A DNA stretch of 60,053 nt, the filler included, from Basidiobolus ranarum (taxonomy: Eukaryota): the NCBI GenBank assembly GCA_040143965.1. It is 13 parts of 13 records of this genome, joined end to end, with 100 filler letters (N's around TTAATTAATTAA, not from the genome) between each part and the next. Parts side by side here need not be neighbours in the genome. Positions count along the whole stretch, not along the records: positions 37,059 to 41,581 come from JASJQH010001930.1; positions 41,682 to 46,202 come from JASJQH010001931.1; positions 46,303 to 50,820 come from JASJQH010001932.1; 10 more parts are not named here. One strand, written 5' to 3'. Within the stretch, counting starts at the first letter, position 1, and every line of letters starts with the position of its first letter. Shown in pieces: positions 37,059 to 49,726 of the stretch. A program made the translations under genes and the position numbers. The notes beneath the pieces are model-generated. The model was not told the DNA's origin. It saw only the letters and a list, made by a program, of their open reading frames with translations, and ran no database searches.

Positions 37059-38240
37059 ATTTGAAACCTGATTTGCTTATTCTGACTTCTCATATTTGTT
37101 GTAATTTCTTGATTTGCTATCTTTTAACTGGTGTCCTGCTTTGTTACAACCATAGCATAAACCTGGTTTCCTTCTTCTGTAACCTTTGTACTTGCCAAAG
37201 CTATATTTTCCAGCTCCAAACAGAGCCACTTCCTCAGATTCTTTTCCAAATTCTTACTTCTGAGGTGTTGATCCATTAGTCTTGCCACCACAAACTCCAA
37301 AGATAACTTGTCAGATCTTGCTTCCAAAGCTGTGACCAAGTTTGAATACTGTTCTGGTAGACTACTTGGAAGAGTTATAATGATACTTTCTTCCTGTAAA
37401 GCTGCACCAATATTTTCCAATTGTTTTGCCCAAGATCTCACATATGCACTATGAGTAACCATGCTTTCAGACTCTTCCATCTTTAGATTGAAGAATTTTT
37501 GTCGGCAAAAGAGTCCATTAGCAAGACTCTTTTCTTCATAACACTCTTCCAATATAGTCCAAGCTTGATGGGAAGTCTTTGCATATTGAATATTCACAAG
37601 ATATGAGTCCTTCAAACTTTGACAAATGATATTAAAGGCCTTCTTGTCTCTTTTCTTATATGCTTCCAATAAAGAAAGATCAGAAGGTTCCTTTTCATCT
37701 CCAGAGACTATATCCCAAAGCTCTCTGTCTTCCAGCATGATTTGCATCTTGAACTGCCAGAAATGTAATTTTCTCCATCAAGCTTTTCAACACTTGAGTT
37801 AATAGAAGTGATAGTAGTGGTTTCGGTCATGCTGTAAAGGTTAGAACATGGGGCTCATAGCCTATTGGGAAAATATAGGCTGTTTGGAGGAACTTTAGAA
37901 AAGTGGAGTTGTGAATAGCTGTGTGAGATAATTATTTATTATCCCAAAATGCAGCATTTATACATTTTGGTAGAAATACAGAGAACTAACCTTGAGGTTG
38001 TGTTCAGAACATCTGTGGGAGTAAAATGAGCTATCTTTGGGGCAATTTGGATGAGCTTGAAATCTCCAATATGGAATTGCTAATTCTCACATTATTCACA
38101 TATATATATAATATCTGTTCCAATTTGCAGTTAAGTTCTATTTGGCCAAGTAATCTTAACCAACTTATATGTGATATATGAATTAGTTATATGTATAAAG
38201 ATAGAGATAATAAATATGATAAAGACAATAAACTCCAACA
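37059..38240 (-). mobile_element. Copia 5' end (family D): LTR 38240-37863, PBS GGCTATGAGCCC, frameshifted gag
   Basis: VEKLDGENY, FKMQIMLEDRELWDIVSG, AWTILEECYE and SLPEQYSNLVTALE (copia gag/UBN2-like). Confidence 0.92.
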
Positions 38241-39291
38241 AAACTAGTAATCATAGCCCTGATCCAAAACTCTTGAATTATCCAGTGCTTCAACCTACAC
38301 AAATGAATTTAAGGCCTGGAATTATTGGACATGTAAAAAAGACTAAAAGTATCTGAAGAAAACCTGAAAGTATTGTGCCACCCCGTTGTATAATTGTATT
38401 GACTATAGAGCTAGCATTTCATGTTCTAATACAACAAAATATTCCAAGCAATTACCTAGTCACTGTGAATATTTGTACATTAGTTCTACACAAATCTAGG
38501 TACAATCAACTATATTTGGAAAATTAAGCACAACGCCAGCCTTGACTAAAATATGCGCAACACATACTATGCATGAATGTGGAAGGCGTGGGGAATCAGA
38601 ATCATAACAGTCACCAATAGGATTTATGCAGGAAAAAAGAAAAGCTTCACTTACCTATATTTGGCAGTTAAGTTATGGCGCAAATACAGCTCATTTACGG
38701 AACTTCAGAACTAGTGCAATTGGGGTAAGTTAGAGAAACTTAGTAACAGCCTTCTCCATCACAAATCAGAATACTCTCAGGTAAAAGATATGACGGTGTT
38801 TAACTATCAAATCATAATCATTAATTTATCAGTTGTTCTGAGCAATCAAGTGATGATACAAATCATAAGATGTTTTGGAAGGCACAACCACTAGATTTAG
38901 AAGGTAGAAACACTGGAACAACCATTAGAAATAGCACAAACTGTCTAGCATATTCATTCGTACTAGACTACTTTACTCTTTGAAGAAGCTGGCTATTTTT
39001 CTGGCAATATTCCTGATTACGGTGCTCCTTGATGATTTTCACCACCTACTTCATTGACATCACGTATTCTTCTTTTTCGATACTAATGTAAACCAATTAT
39101 ATTATAGATTGTGTATTTGAAGGGTTATTGGATATCGTGCCACCAACTAGATATTGTGACGCTTAATATTTGATCCAAACTGCAAACCTCTTGCAGGAAT
39201 TTGTTGACTTTCTTTTCAAATATAAACCAGCCAAACTCTGTGCAGTTGTCAATATCAATCTTGCTCTTCATTATCTTCTGTATTAAATCAT

Positions 39292-41044
39292 ATGGTTAGC
39301 ATCACTAAAATAGCTTGGCTGCTTCTAGTAAGCACTTCCGCTAACACGGTCAACAGTGCTCCAAGTAAGCATACTGTACTACATATATTATTACAAATCC
39401 AACTAATACTCTTTATCTCTCAGTCAATGAAGGTTCTTCTGTTGGGAAAGTTAATTTGGCTGTTGGCAAGAATGGTGCCGTCGCTGCTGACTTGCAAATA
39501 TGTTCCAAAGCGGGGGTGCAAATTTTGAAGAGTAATGGGAATGCCGTTGATGCTGCAATAGCCACTGCATTGTGTCTTGGTACAGTTAATAGTTTCTTGT
39601 CGGGTATTGGTGGTGGTGGCTTCATGACTATTTGTTCCAGTAATGGTACAGTTGATTTTATCAACTTCAGAGAATCAGCACCAGCTGGTGCGTCAACCGA
39701 GATGTTTAAAAATCAACCTGACGCCTCCCAGGTTGGTGGTCTTGCTATTGGCATACCTGGAGAAATTTGAGGTTTTGAGTTGGCTCATAAAAAATACGGT
39801 TGTATCTTATGGGATAAATTATTTCAACCGTCGATTCGACTTTCTCGTAATGGCTTCCCAGCAACGGAGCAGCTCGCAATCAAATTACAACTTTATAAAG
39901 ATTTAATCTTAAATAATTCAGCTTTCAGAGAAATTTACGCACCTCGGGGAGATGTCTTGAGAGTGGGGGAGCTGGTAAAGAGGTCCCGATTTGCAGGCAC
40001 ATTGGAAGAAATAGCCAGGAATGGACCTGATGCGTTCTATATGGGGAAAATTGCTAATTTAATTGTGAAGGCGATTCAAAATGCTGGTGGGATCATTACT
40101 TTGGATGATCTAAGCACGTACCAAGCAGTATCATAGCCTCCACTTGTAGGCTGCTATCAAGGTCATAAAGTCATTGCTGCACCACCACCTGCAAGTGGCT
40201 CAGTTGTTCTCTCAGTATTGAATACTCTAGAAGGATACAATCTTCCAACCGATAAACTGAGTGGTGTTAATCTTCATCGCGTTATTGAGTCATTCAAATA
40301 TGGTTATGCCCAGCGTACGTACCTTGGGGACCCCAATTTTACCAACACAACAGCCAAGATTGCTGAGATGTTATCAAAGGATCAAGGAATTCTAAGATGG
40401 CATAACATCTCAGACATAAGAACTTTTCCAGTTGAATATTACCAACCGAATTACCAGCATAAAGATACCCCAGGCACCACTCATTTATCCACCATGGATA
40501 AAGAAGGTGGAGCAGTTGCGTTGACTTCCACTATCAACCTTGAATTTGGATGCAAAGTTCTAGATCATGAAACTTGTATTGTTTTTAATAATACATGGAT
40601 GATTTCTCCACTCCTGGATTGGTCAATGCATTTGGATTCCTTCCATCGCCAGCCAATTTTATTCAACCTGGCAAACGTCCACTCTCATCCATGTCACCAA
40701 CCATAATAGAGACCGACAGGTATCCATCGTTAGCGGTTGGTGCTAGTGGTGGTAGTTACATAACAACTGCAACAATCCAAGCCATTCTCAGTATATATGA
40801 TTTGGCTGAAAGCATTGATAAAGCGATTGCTGCTCCCCATGCTCATCATCAGCTAATGCCAGATGAAGTGACTGTAGAGCCACAATACGCTGAACATTAC
40901 ATTAAGTCTTTGGAAGCACGTGGACATAACGTTACCCAGTTGACTACCACAAAATGTGTTGTCCAAGCAGTTGCCAGACTACCAAGTGGATACTTCAATG
41001 CTGCATTGGATTCCAGAAAAAGAGGAGTTGCTGTTGCTTTCTAG
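39292..41044 (+). pseudogene. GGT: Secreted gamma-glutamyltranspeptidase pseudogene
   Basis: GNAVDAAIATALCLG, SGIGGGGF, NFRESAP, GTTHLS (nucleophile Thr), MDDFS, PGKRPLSSMSP. Lesions: TGA 39768-39770, TAG 40134-40136 and a 1-nt frameshift near 40590. One intron near 39365-39423. Confidence 0.9.
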
Positions 41045-41412
41045 ATAGAGTTAGGCAGACAATTAGGTGAAGTAAGCGCTATCTTTTATGTATAGAGATA
41101 GATGAGGTCCATGAGAACTGATTGACAAAATAAGCAATATAACAGAAAGTCATAGGACCACATCTTGACATATTCACCCAAGGAGATATTCTATGAAGAT
41201 AACTTTTAGATGAATGTTTGAATAAATTATTGAACCAAACATTATGAACTGTACTTTGCTTTGAGTTCTTATATAAATGCTTGAGATGACTGATTAACTG
41301 GGATTAGAAACTTCCCATGGCAAATATGTCTTCAAAGATCAATGATGAATCAAACATACAAATGACAAGATGGTGATGATGAGGCGTCATAATTTTTTGA
41401 TATCACCAAAAG

Positions 41413-41581
41413 TTGTTAAAGTATTTGGGAGTCTGTTGGAAGTGGTTTGGAGAATTAGAGGAATTGGTGATTTTCACTTGTTGATTTATTGAGTAGAAAG
41501 TTGACATTTATAGTTTTGTCAAGATGTAAACAAACTAACGTGTAGAATATGTTAAGGAAGGTCCCAGGAACATGTGTGCAA
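41413..41581 (-). repeat. Family-B LTR fragment
   Basis: Reverse complement of about 18635-18803. Confidence 0.85.
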
Positions 41582-41681
41582 NNNNNNNNNNNNNNNNNNN
41601 NNNNNNNNNNNNNNNNNNNNNNNNNTTAATTAATTAANNNNNNNNNNNNNNNNNNNNNNNNNNNNNNNNNNNNNNNNNNNN

Positions 41682-42036
41682 AACCTTGTTTGTCGTTACC
41701 ACCAGTGATACGGAAGACATATCCCTTGAATTCATCACCAAGGGAATCTCCGGGAACTTCAGAGGACATACGTTTGTCATAAAAAGCACGACTATTTTAA
41801 AAAATATTAATCTACAAAGCTCGTAACAATTTGTATGCATCTACACTTACACCTTACGTTCATCATCAATTTCGATGGTCTTTTGGCAGCCAGTAGCTGG
41901 GTTGGCAATGTTCAACTAATGAGACAATAATTAGTGAGTGCTATGACTTTTTATAAAAAATAACGTTCATACGTATAACTATATAGATGTATGGCTACTG
42001 GTAAACGTTAGATTGATAAGAAATAACTACCTTCAT
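41682..42036 (-). CDS. RPS6: 40S ribosomal protein S6 (eS6), 5' part, 3 exons visible
   Basis: [60 protein letters not shown]. Not in the ORF track. Confidence 0.95.
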
Positions 42037-42953
42037 GTTGGATGTACAGGTACCCGCTGAACGTGTGTGAAAGAGAAAGTGAAGCCTTCGTTACTCACCT
42101 TTTTATGATCCGATCGAAATTTTGCAGTTCGGGGTTCCAATCATTATCCCTCATTCAAGCCAACCCATTTTTTCGGTTTTTTTTCATTTTGAGTGATATA
42201 TCAGCCGATTTGTGGTGAAAGTAGCCCTGTCAAATTAGAGTATTTTTGTGTGTGAGTTTGAAAATCCTATGATTTATAAAGGGACAGATTGTCCATTGCA
42301 ATCACATGAACGGAAATTGATTCCGTGCATGTTTTCATTGACGATGGGATATTTCATTATACCTACTGCAGATATCTTCTCTCGTTATCATGATAGCGAG
42401 CCATATAGCAAGGATTTTCTGTCGAAGAAGCAATGATCTTTAGTATGGCAAGTCTCGATTACTGATTTGTAACATCAGACGATGTTTCACTTTTTGTCGA
42501 AATCACGTGACTGCATAAATCCTTTCACATACAGGATCACCATTTCTTGTATTCCATCGTCACAGAGAATGAGACTGCCAGCACCCTCTTAGATTCGTTA
42601 CAAGTACGCTTTATCTTGCTAGTACTTTATAACCAAGGGTGGTCCAGATTTGGTAAGAATTGTGCAGTTCGATACATCTCCAACTGAGCATTTATCATCC
42701 ATGATAACAATTAAAGAACAAGGCGCAAAGCATATATGCTCATGTTCTATAGAATTGACTATTCCTCGATACAAATTCATTATTTGTAATTTGCAACCAG
42801 TTTTACATACACAGACTTCAATACCACCTAGAACTAAAAGGGTATTCAGAAGAGGCAGATGTAAAATATCTAAATTTCATATTATAAGAATTCTCGAGTA
42901 TTTAATGGTGTTAAAAATGCTTTGGCGATGAAAAGGGAAGGTATAATTTGTAT

Positions 42954-43386
42954 TTAATTGCGGGAGGGTTTAAGGGTATCAAATCGTGCACGTTCAGCGC
43001 ACTCACGCTCGACGTCGTCAATTATGGGTTGAAGATAGCGAATATCGTCTTCAGGCTTGGTCCATCCAGATTTTGGAAGCTCGGTATGGGATAAGGAGCA
43101 TTGCATAGCAACACGAAGACGGTAAGCTCTGTCATAAGCCTCTTTTTCAGGAAGACGTCTTAAAGCCTCCCTAACAGTATCACTTTCTTCGGCGATAATA
43201 TCGTCATAACGCAAACCTGAAGAAATATTACAAGTTAGGAATGGGATCTATGTATAATCAGAGGGAATTGCACAATGAAAAATTACCAAGACGTCTGTAA
43301 CCAGCGGCGTTGGCATAGGCGTTACCCAAAGGAACGAATATTTTTTTAAGAAAAGAGTTGTTCTTGATGCAGTTTGCTAGAGACAT
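42954..43386 (-). CDS. QCR7: Cytochrome bc1 complex subunit 7, 2 exons
   Basis: YANAAGYRRLGLRYDDIIAEE..V.EALRRLP.KEAYDRAYRLRVAMQCSL.H.ELPK..WTKPEDD..YL.P. Confidence 0.95.
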
Positions 43387-44628
43387 ATTGAGTTATAATA
43401 CTAGAGAACAGGCCGAAGTAACGATAAACTTGATGCTATAGTAATAGTTATCTTTTAGAGGACAGACTGTCTTACCCCAACCAAAGAAAGTTACCCGGAT
43501 TGGGGCCCCAAAACCACTCTGCAATCAAAGCAACAAAATAACTCTAAATAGGCCCCACAGAAATACATTTATTTTATTATTGTCATCATAAATTGAGTTG
43601 ACTATACCGATTTGTCGAGCGCATGGCTCTGACAGCTGTCATTTACCTGCGATGTAAACTAGAACCAAAGTTGTGTTAAATCGTGCCTAACTATTTGTTT
43701 AAGGCACTGCGATGAATCTACTGCCTATCTTGCAGAATCTCAAAATCACTTTTACACCGCACATCCATTACAACCCTAAATTGATCACCCGTCATGAGTG
43801 ACCAAGATCCACATACAATTTTAATCCTGACATTGAGTGTGACGATCAACCAAATAATGCCAAATCTCTTCATCTCCAGATATTTCATCGCACCTCTGAA
43901 TCCACGCTTATCTGCTCATATGAAGCTTGAGTATTCTGTGGATGCATTACGCATCATACAACAGGAAAAAGTGAAACTTGAGGAGCATTCAGTTGTCATA
44001 TCATCTCTATGAGAGAATTCTGTTGTTGTCCGCTGCATAGAAGATTAGTATTACAAGTGGTTGTTCTATCAGTACTGCCCTCACTCGCTAGATATCGCTC
44101 TATCTAAATCAGTGCAGGTACTTTTAACGGCATTTTCATTCTCTGTAGAGACAGAAGGCCTAGCATGTGGTATAGAATATTATCCAAATGTAATGGACAC
44201 CATTTCCTTATTGAAACAGGCGTTCCATCCGACTTGAACGAATGTATATTTAACTGTAACTGAATAACACTGATTTATACATAGCAGTGTTTGGTCATTG
44301 TATTACAAGATTAAAGATCTTGTCAATAGGAAGATCATCTCTACTGCGATGATTTGCTATATCTATTCGAAAATCACACAATGTTGGTACGTACATACTG
44401 AGTATGCCACACAAGTGATGTTTCGGTTCGGAGTAATGCAACTTTCCCAAGGCAATCATATGAAATATATGTATGTATATATGGGTTAATCCTAGTTTAT
44501 TCTGGTGTCCTTGTGATTGGTATATTGAGATGGTAGAAGATTAGATTCAATGCTGATGCTGTACTACGAAATATATTCCATATAAATATGTAGAATATCC
44601 CGTAGTAATGTTAAAGTTTCTAATTACA

Positions 44629-46202
44629 ATGTCTGTTTTAGAGAAGAAACCAACTGGAGCCAAGCTTATTGCGGAATGCCTTAACGAGCAAGGCGTGACA
44701 GTAGTTTTTGGCATCGTTGGTATTCCAGTAGTAGAGGTACTATACACATAATTTAAGGTTTGATAATTGCATAATTGTAGTATTATTGATCCTTGTAACA
44801 CCAAGGTCGCAGAAGCATTTTCAGAGGTTGGAATCAAGTTCGTTGGTTTTCGAAATGAGCAATCGGCCAGTTACGCAGCAGGAGCTTGGGGTAAGGTTTT
44901 TATAAGATATTAAGAGAAGACTATTGTTTAATAAAGCTGTCTAGGTTTTCTTACCGGTCGCCCTGGTGTAAGCTAAAGTAGACAAAACAGTTTGAAGCAG
45001 TTTTAATACTTACAGCTCGACACTTCAATTTTAGGTATGTTTAACTGTGTCTGGCCCAGGTGTTATTCATGGTATTGGAATTTTCTTTGACCGTTTAGTT
45101 TCGTTTTTGTTATCGTTTTACGAATGCTGTTAATTCTAGGGCTTGCTGGACTTGGAAATGCTCAAGTAAATTGTTGGGTTAGTTGTTGTAGTATTGTACG
45201 GTTCCTTCATGCCAATATTCGTACTCATTATTCTTTGCAATGACAAATAGCCCATGGTGTTGATTAGCGGATCTAACGATACTACACAGGTGCATATGCA
45301 TTCCGATTAGAGACAACGTGATTATTTTGTTTATTTATTTATTTTTGTAGCAAGACATGGGTGGATTCCAGGAATTCAGACAAGTCGAAGCTTGTCGTCA
45401 ATATACCAAGTATGGCTTCATCATGTTCACTAAAATATAACGAGAGACATACATTGAGCATTTTATTCAGGTATTCAGCTCGTCCTGGAAGTATCGAGCA
45501 AATCCCATTTGTTGTGGAGAAAGCATTCAGAACTGCTATGTATGGACGTCCTGGACCATGCTATATTGATTTGCCTGGCGACTACATTCAAGGGACGGTA
45601 TCTAAAAAAGTAGTCATTCATCATAAGGTTCCTGAAGCCCCAAAGTATCAAGCCGACAATAGTGACATTGAAAGAGCTATTCAAGTATTAAAAGCTGCTA
45701 AGAACCCTTTGGTCATTGTAGGTAAGGGTGCTGCATATGCAAGAAGTGAGCGAGAAATCAATCAATTTATTGAGTCCATCGGGCTTCCCTTCCTTCCTAC
45801 ACCTATGGGAAAAGGTGTCGTATCTGATACACACCCTCTTTGCGTAGCAGCAGCACGCTCCAAGGCGCTTGCTAAAGCGGATGCTATTCTTCTTCTTGGA
45901 GCCAGACTCAATTGGATTTTACATTTCGGCATGTCCCCAAGAATTCATAAAGATTGTAAGATCCTTCAGGTTGATATTTGTCCGGAAGAAATCAGTAATA
46001 ATCGAGAAACACTTCCTCTTGTGGGAGATATTTCTCTCGTTGTAAGCCAACTTACACAAGGATTGCAGGGTTACCAATATCCGCTAGATAGTCCCTATCT
46101 AAAGGAATTGAAAGTCAAGATCCAAGCTAATACCAAGTCTAATGAAAGCCGCTATAAAGATGATTCTATTCCCATGTCTTACCACAGAGTCTTCTCCGAA
46201 AT
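44629..46202 (+). CDS. HACL1: 2-hydroxyacyl-CoA lyase (TPP-dependent), about 8 exons, 3'-truncated
   Basis: VFGIVGIPVVE, FRNEQSASYAA, VCLTVSGPGVIH, NAQVNCWPM, GGFQE, YGRPGPCYIDLPGD, FLPTPMGKG, GARLNWILHFG. Confidence 0.92.
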
Positions 46203-46302
46203 NNNNNNNNNNNNNNNNNNNNNNNNNNNNNNNNNNNNNNNNNNNNTTAATTAATTAANNNNNNNNNNNNNNNNNNNNNNNNNNNNNNNNNNNNNNNNNN
46301 NN

Positions 46303-47965
46303 ACTATATAAGTCACCATATACTCTTAAGAATAAACTAACTAAAAACACACTATCATAAGTTGCTTCTAATACTCAAAGTCTACCCCCATTATGTCAAG
46401 ATCCTCCAACAATAACTAAGCACTAAGATATATATGACTATATAGGTGTTTAGGCAATGCTAATTTCAACAGCATCTAAATATCCCATCAGGGCAAAATC
46501 TGATCCAGAATATGGTTATTTCAGGTGCAAATCCACAGTTCCTTTCAAATATATGAAAATCCATTCAACTGCTATGATTTGATCAGATCCATAATTTTGA
46601 AGATATTGGCTTATAACTCTCTCACCATATGCAATATCTGTCAATATTCCAACCATCAGCTGTATAGTCATGTATAGCGTAGTATTTAGTTATCTCATAT
46701 TCTGCTAAGATATCACCAATCATTCTCAATAAGAATTTACTTTGAATGCTTTTACCAACTATGACCCACTACTCTCAATGGGAATTTGCTTAGAATATTC
46801 TGCCAACTTAGAAGTTTTCTGATATGCAGATCTTTCAAACTTGTGATAGAAGCCCCAAACTGAGCACACATGTTTCTGTGATCTTCTTTATCACATTTTC
46901 TTTGTTTGTTTGCTTACATCTTATCCAACAGGCTCCAAAAATACTTTAACAGCTACTCCTAGCTCTTGGAGACAGTTTTAAATCATATGATGTCTTCTTG
47001 AATCTCCTGACTTTGTTAGTGGTTCCTGAGTTCCAAACCCCTTCTGGATGCCCCATACAGATCTTCTCAGCAAGCCTTTCATTCAAAAGTGCATCTATAA
47101 CATCTATTTGTTATATATTAAGCTGATATTTAGCAAAGATTGCCTAAATAAATCTAATTAAATCAAACTTTGATATAGGAGTAAAAGCATAGGTACAATC
47201 TATTCCAGATACTTAGGAGTATCCTATTGCTACTAATCTAGACTTGCACCTTTTTATATTATCATCAGAGTTGTCTTTCACTTCATCAACCTCTGAGTTA
47301 TCTCTAGTTATGATATATACCTCCAAAACAGAAAGCAGTAAATCTATAGCTCTTATATTCAAATTGGGAATATTTCTATATCTATACAACAGGTATGTCT
47401 TATTACCCCCACTTATCTATTATATTTTATTACACAAACTCCTGAATGTCTCAAACAATCAATTTGCTTCTCTTCTGTATAAGTCACCATGTTCTCTTGA
47501 GAATAATATTACTAAAACCTTATGATAAGTTGCTTCTGATATAAAATGTCTACCTCCATTATGTCAAGATACTCCAACACTCTAGGCAGCCAAGTTAATT
47601 CTTACCATTGGGCAAGTGCTAAAGTATTTTGAGAACCTGTTGGAAGTGGCTTTGGATACTAGAGAAGTTGGTAGTATTGACTTGCTAGTATAAAGAGTAT
47701 AGAGTTGCCATTTGTAGTTTTGTTGAAAGGTAAGTAAAAAGATGTATCATGTATTAAGGAAGCCTATAGAACATATGTGCAAATTCTGGTGCTTCAAGCA
47801 CAAGTTTGAAGAATCCATATATCTGAAAACTTCTAAGTTGGTAAAATTATCTAAGCAAATTCCAATTGAGAGTGGTGGCTGTTATCTTAGTAAAAGATGG
47901 ATTAACTAAATTCCAAGCTATATATGACTATACAGATCTCTGGGCTATGCTAGTTTTAATATTAT
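46303..47965. repeat. Cluster of LTR fragments (family B at 46420-46470, 46670-46950, 47617-47960; family C at 46303-46410 and 47478-47579)
   Basis: Matches to other family-B copies, plus repeated TATAAGTCACCAT...CCATTATGTCAAGAT..TCCAACA. Confidence 0.75.
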
Positions 47966-48580
47966 AGTAACCAAGTATCAGTGTAACCTAGCAGTCTCAT
48001 TAATATATTGTATGCCCAAGTTGTATCATCATATATTTGTCCACTAACTCTACAATCAAATTCTATAAGCTATACATGTGACTTCCCATTAAATAAGCTC
48101 TGCTATCAAGCACCTTAAGTCATTAGCAACCTATCCATTGATGTATTGCCACTAAGATTTTACTAGATATTCATGACAACTACTGGTATAAACTTCATCA
48201 GATTGGCTGTTAAAAATCTCAATAGTGCTACAGATTGGGGACAGAAAAATATTTGTCAATTTTCAATAATAAAGTACTACTTTTCTTGGAACAAGTCCGC
48301 AGAAGATTTTAATATTACCATTCTCAGAACAAAATTAACTATCACTTTTGTTGAAAGTATTGAGACAAACAAGCAAATTTGAGTTCGGTTAGATTTGAGT
48401 TGCATATCGTGAGTAATACTTCAATTGATTTTAACACCATTTTAATGGGACAATTCATTTATTTCCAATAGACTGACTTGGATAATTTTAATGAGTTTAT
48501 CTATTCAATTTCCAATTGGTGGATTTATATATCGTTGACCGTAAAATAGTCATAATCCTAACCCAAACAACAGATGGACA

Positions 48581-49726
48581 TCAATTTGATTGCCTTGGCT
48601 CCAGACCAAGTCGGTGACCCCAATCATCAGGGCTTTTAATTAGATCCAAAACTTTCCAGGAGCCATGTCTCCACATCTCTTCATCTTGAGGGTACTTGTT
48701 AGCGAGCTCTTTCAATGTTCGAACACACTTGATAGCATGAGCAAATGTGTCACCATCTTCTATCGCTGCTGCACTAGTTTCCTCCCAAAAGTTCTTAACC
48801 TCTGGCAATGGATAGTTTGTTAAATTGTCCCATCGTGGAAGAGGACGTCCTACAGAGGCAAACAGGGTCAATGCTGTCCACCAAAGTAAACGAAGAATTC
48901 GAACTTGATCAGATTCCGAGAGGAGCGGCAACAAGATTCGACCCGCGTGTAATCCGGTCAGTGCATGGCACAACAGGATATCCAGTCTCAGCTCATGATT
49001 GTGGCCTAAGAATAAGAAGACAATTCCGTGAGATAGTTCGCGGACCTTGTCATCAAGAGATTTGTTCTTGATACTTGAATCCCAAGCTTTATAATGCTCC
49101 TTAGTGTATTCATAATACGGAATGATCATGACCTCTTCCTTGTAAGGATCCTTTTCAAGATCTTTAAAGCGGACATCGCGAGACATCTCTTCAATGATAG
49201 TAACTGGATCTTTATATGCAGATTCAGAAAACTCCTGATCAATCAGCTCACCAGTTCGGTCGTAACCAATTACACATAGTGCCAGAGCTTCAGAGAGGAT
49301 TAGATCGTTATGAAATTCGACGGCATATCCCAGATGAATTAAGGGATGAGCTGCTTCTCCACCTATTCCCGGTAGAAGACGTGGCACATACTTAGCAAAT
49401 ACTTTGTCGAATCCAGCTTCGCCAATTTGTTGTTCAAAAAAATCAAGCAAATCGCGATAAGCCGGGACTACACCTACAAACTGAAAATAGTTCTTTTCAT
49501 CAACACTATGCTTAGGCTTAGAGAGTGGCTCGAGGCATTTGGTGACTGCTTCATACATGGTGCGCAATCGCTCTTCAGACGCACCAAGCTTATACAGACT
49601 GCAGATTAAGTGAACCGTATGACTGTGAGCATTAACTTGAAAGTAGATATCATTTTCTCTGTGGTTTTTGGTGATCAACTCCTCAAAAACTTCCTTGGTA
49701 TTTTCGGTTGATACGGTAGGCTTCAT
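48581..49726 (-). CDS. Questin oxidase-like / AflY-HypA family oxidoreductase, intronless
   Basis: HTVHLICSLYKLGAS, AAHPLIHLGYAVEF, SEALAL, DILLCHALTGLHA, HAIKCVRTL. First ATG at 49726. Confidence 0.8.
   Translation of the reverse strand: MKPTVSTENTKEVFEELITKNHRENDIYFQVNAHSHTVHLICSLYKLGASEERLRTMYEAVTKCLEPLSKPKHSVDEKNYFQFVGVVPAYRDLLDFFEQQIGEAGFDKVFAKYVPRLLPGIGGEAAHPLIHLGYAVEFHNDLILSEALALCVIGYDRTGELIDQEFSESAYKDPVTIIEEMSRDVRFKDLEKDPYKEEVMIIPYYEYTKEHYKAWDSSIKNKSLDDKVRELSHGIVFLFLGHNHELRLDILLCHALTGLHAGRILLPLLSESDQVRILRLLWWTALTLFASVGRPLPRWDNLTNYPLPEVKNFWEETSAAAIEDGDTFAHAIKCVRTLKELANKYPQDEEMWRHGSWKVLDLIKSPDDWGHRLGLEPRQSN

Noticed and set aside
39768-39770. In-frame TGA in GGT as selenocysteine or readthrough
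   Set aside because: The position corresponds to Arg, not Cys, and the gene also has a TAG and a frameshift.
44629-45470. TPP riboswitch in introns of the TPP-dependent HACL1 gene
   Set aside because: The introns are short and I found no TPP aptamer core motifs.
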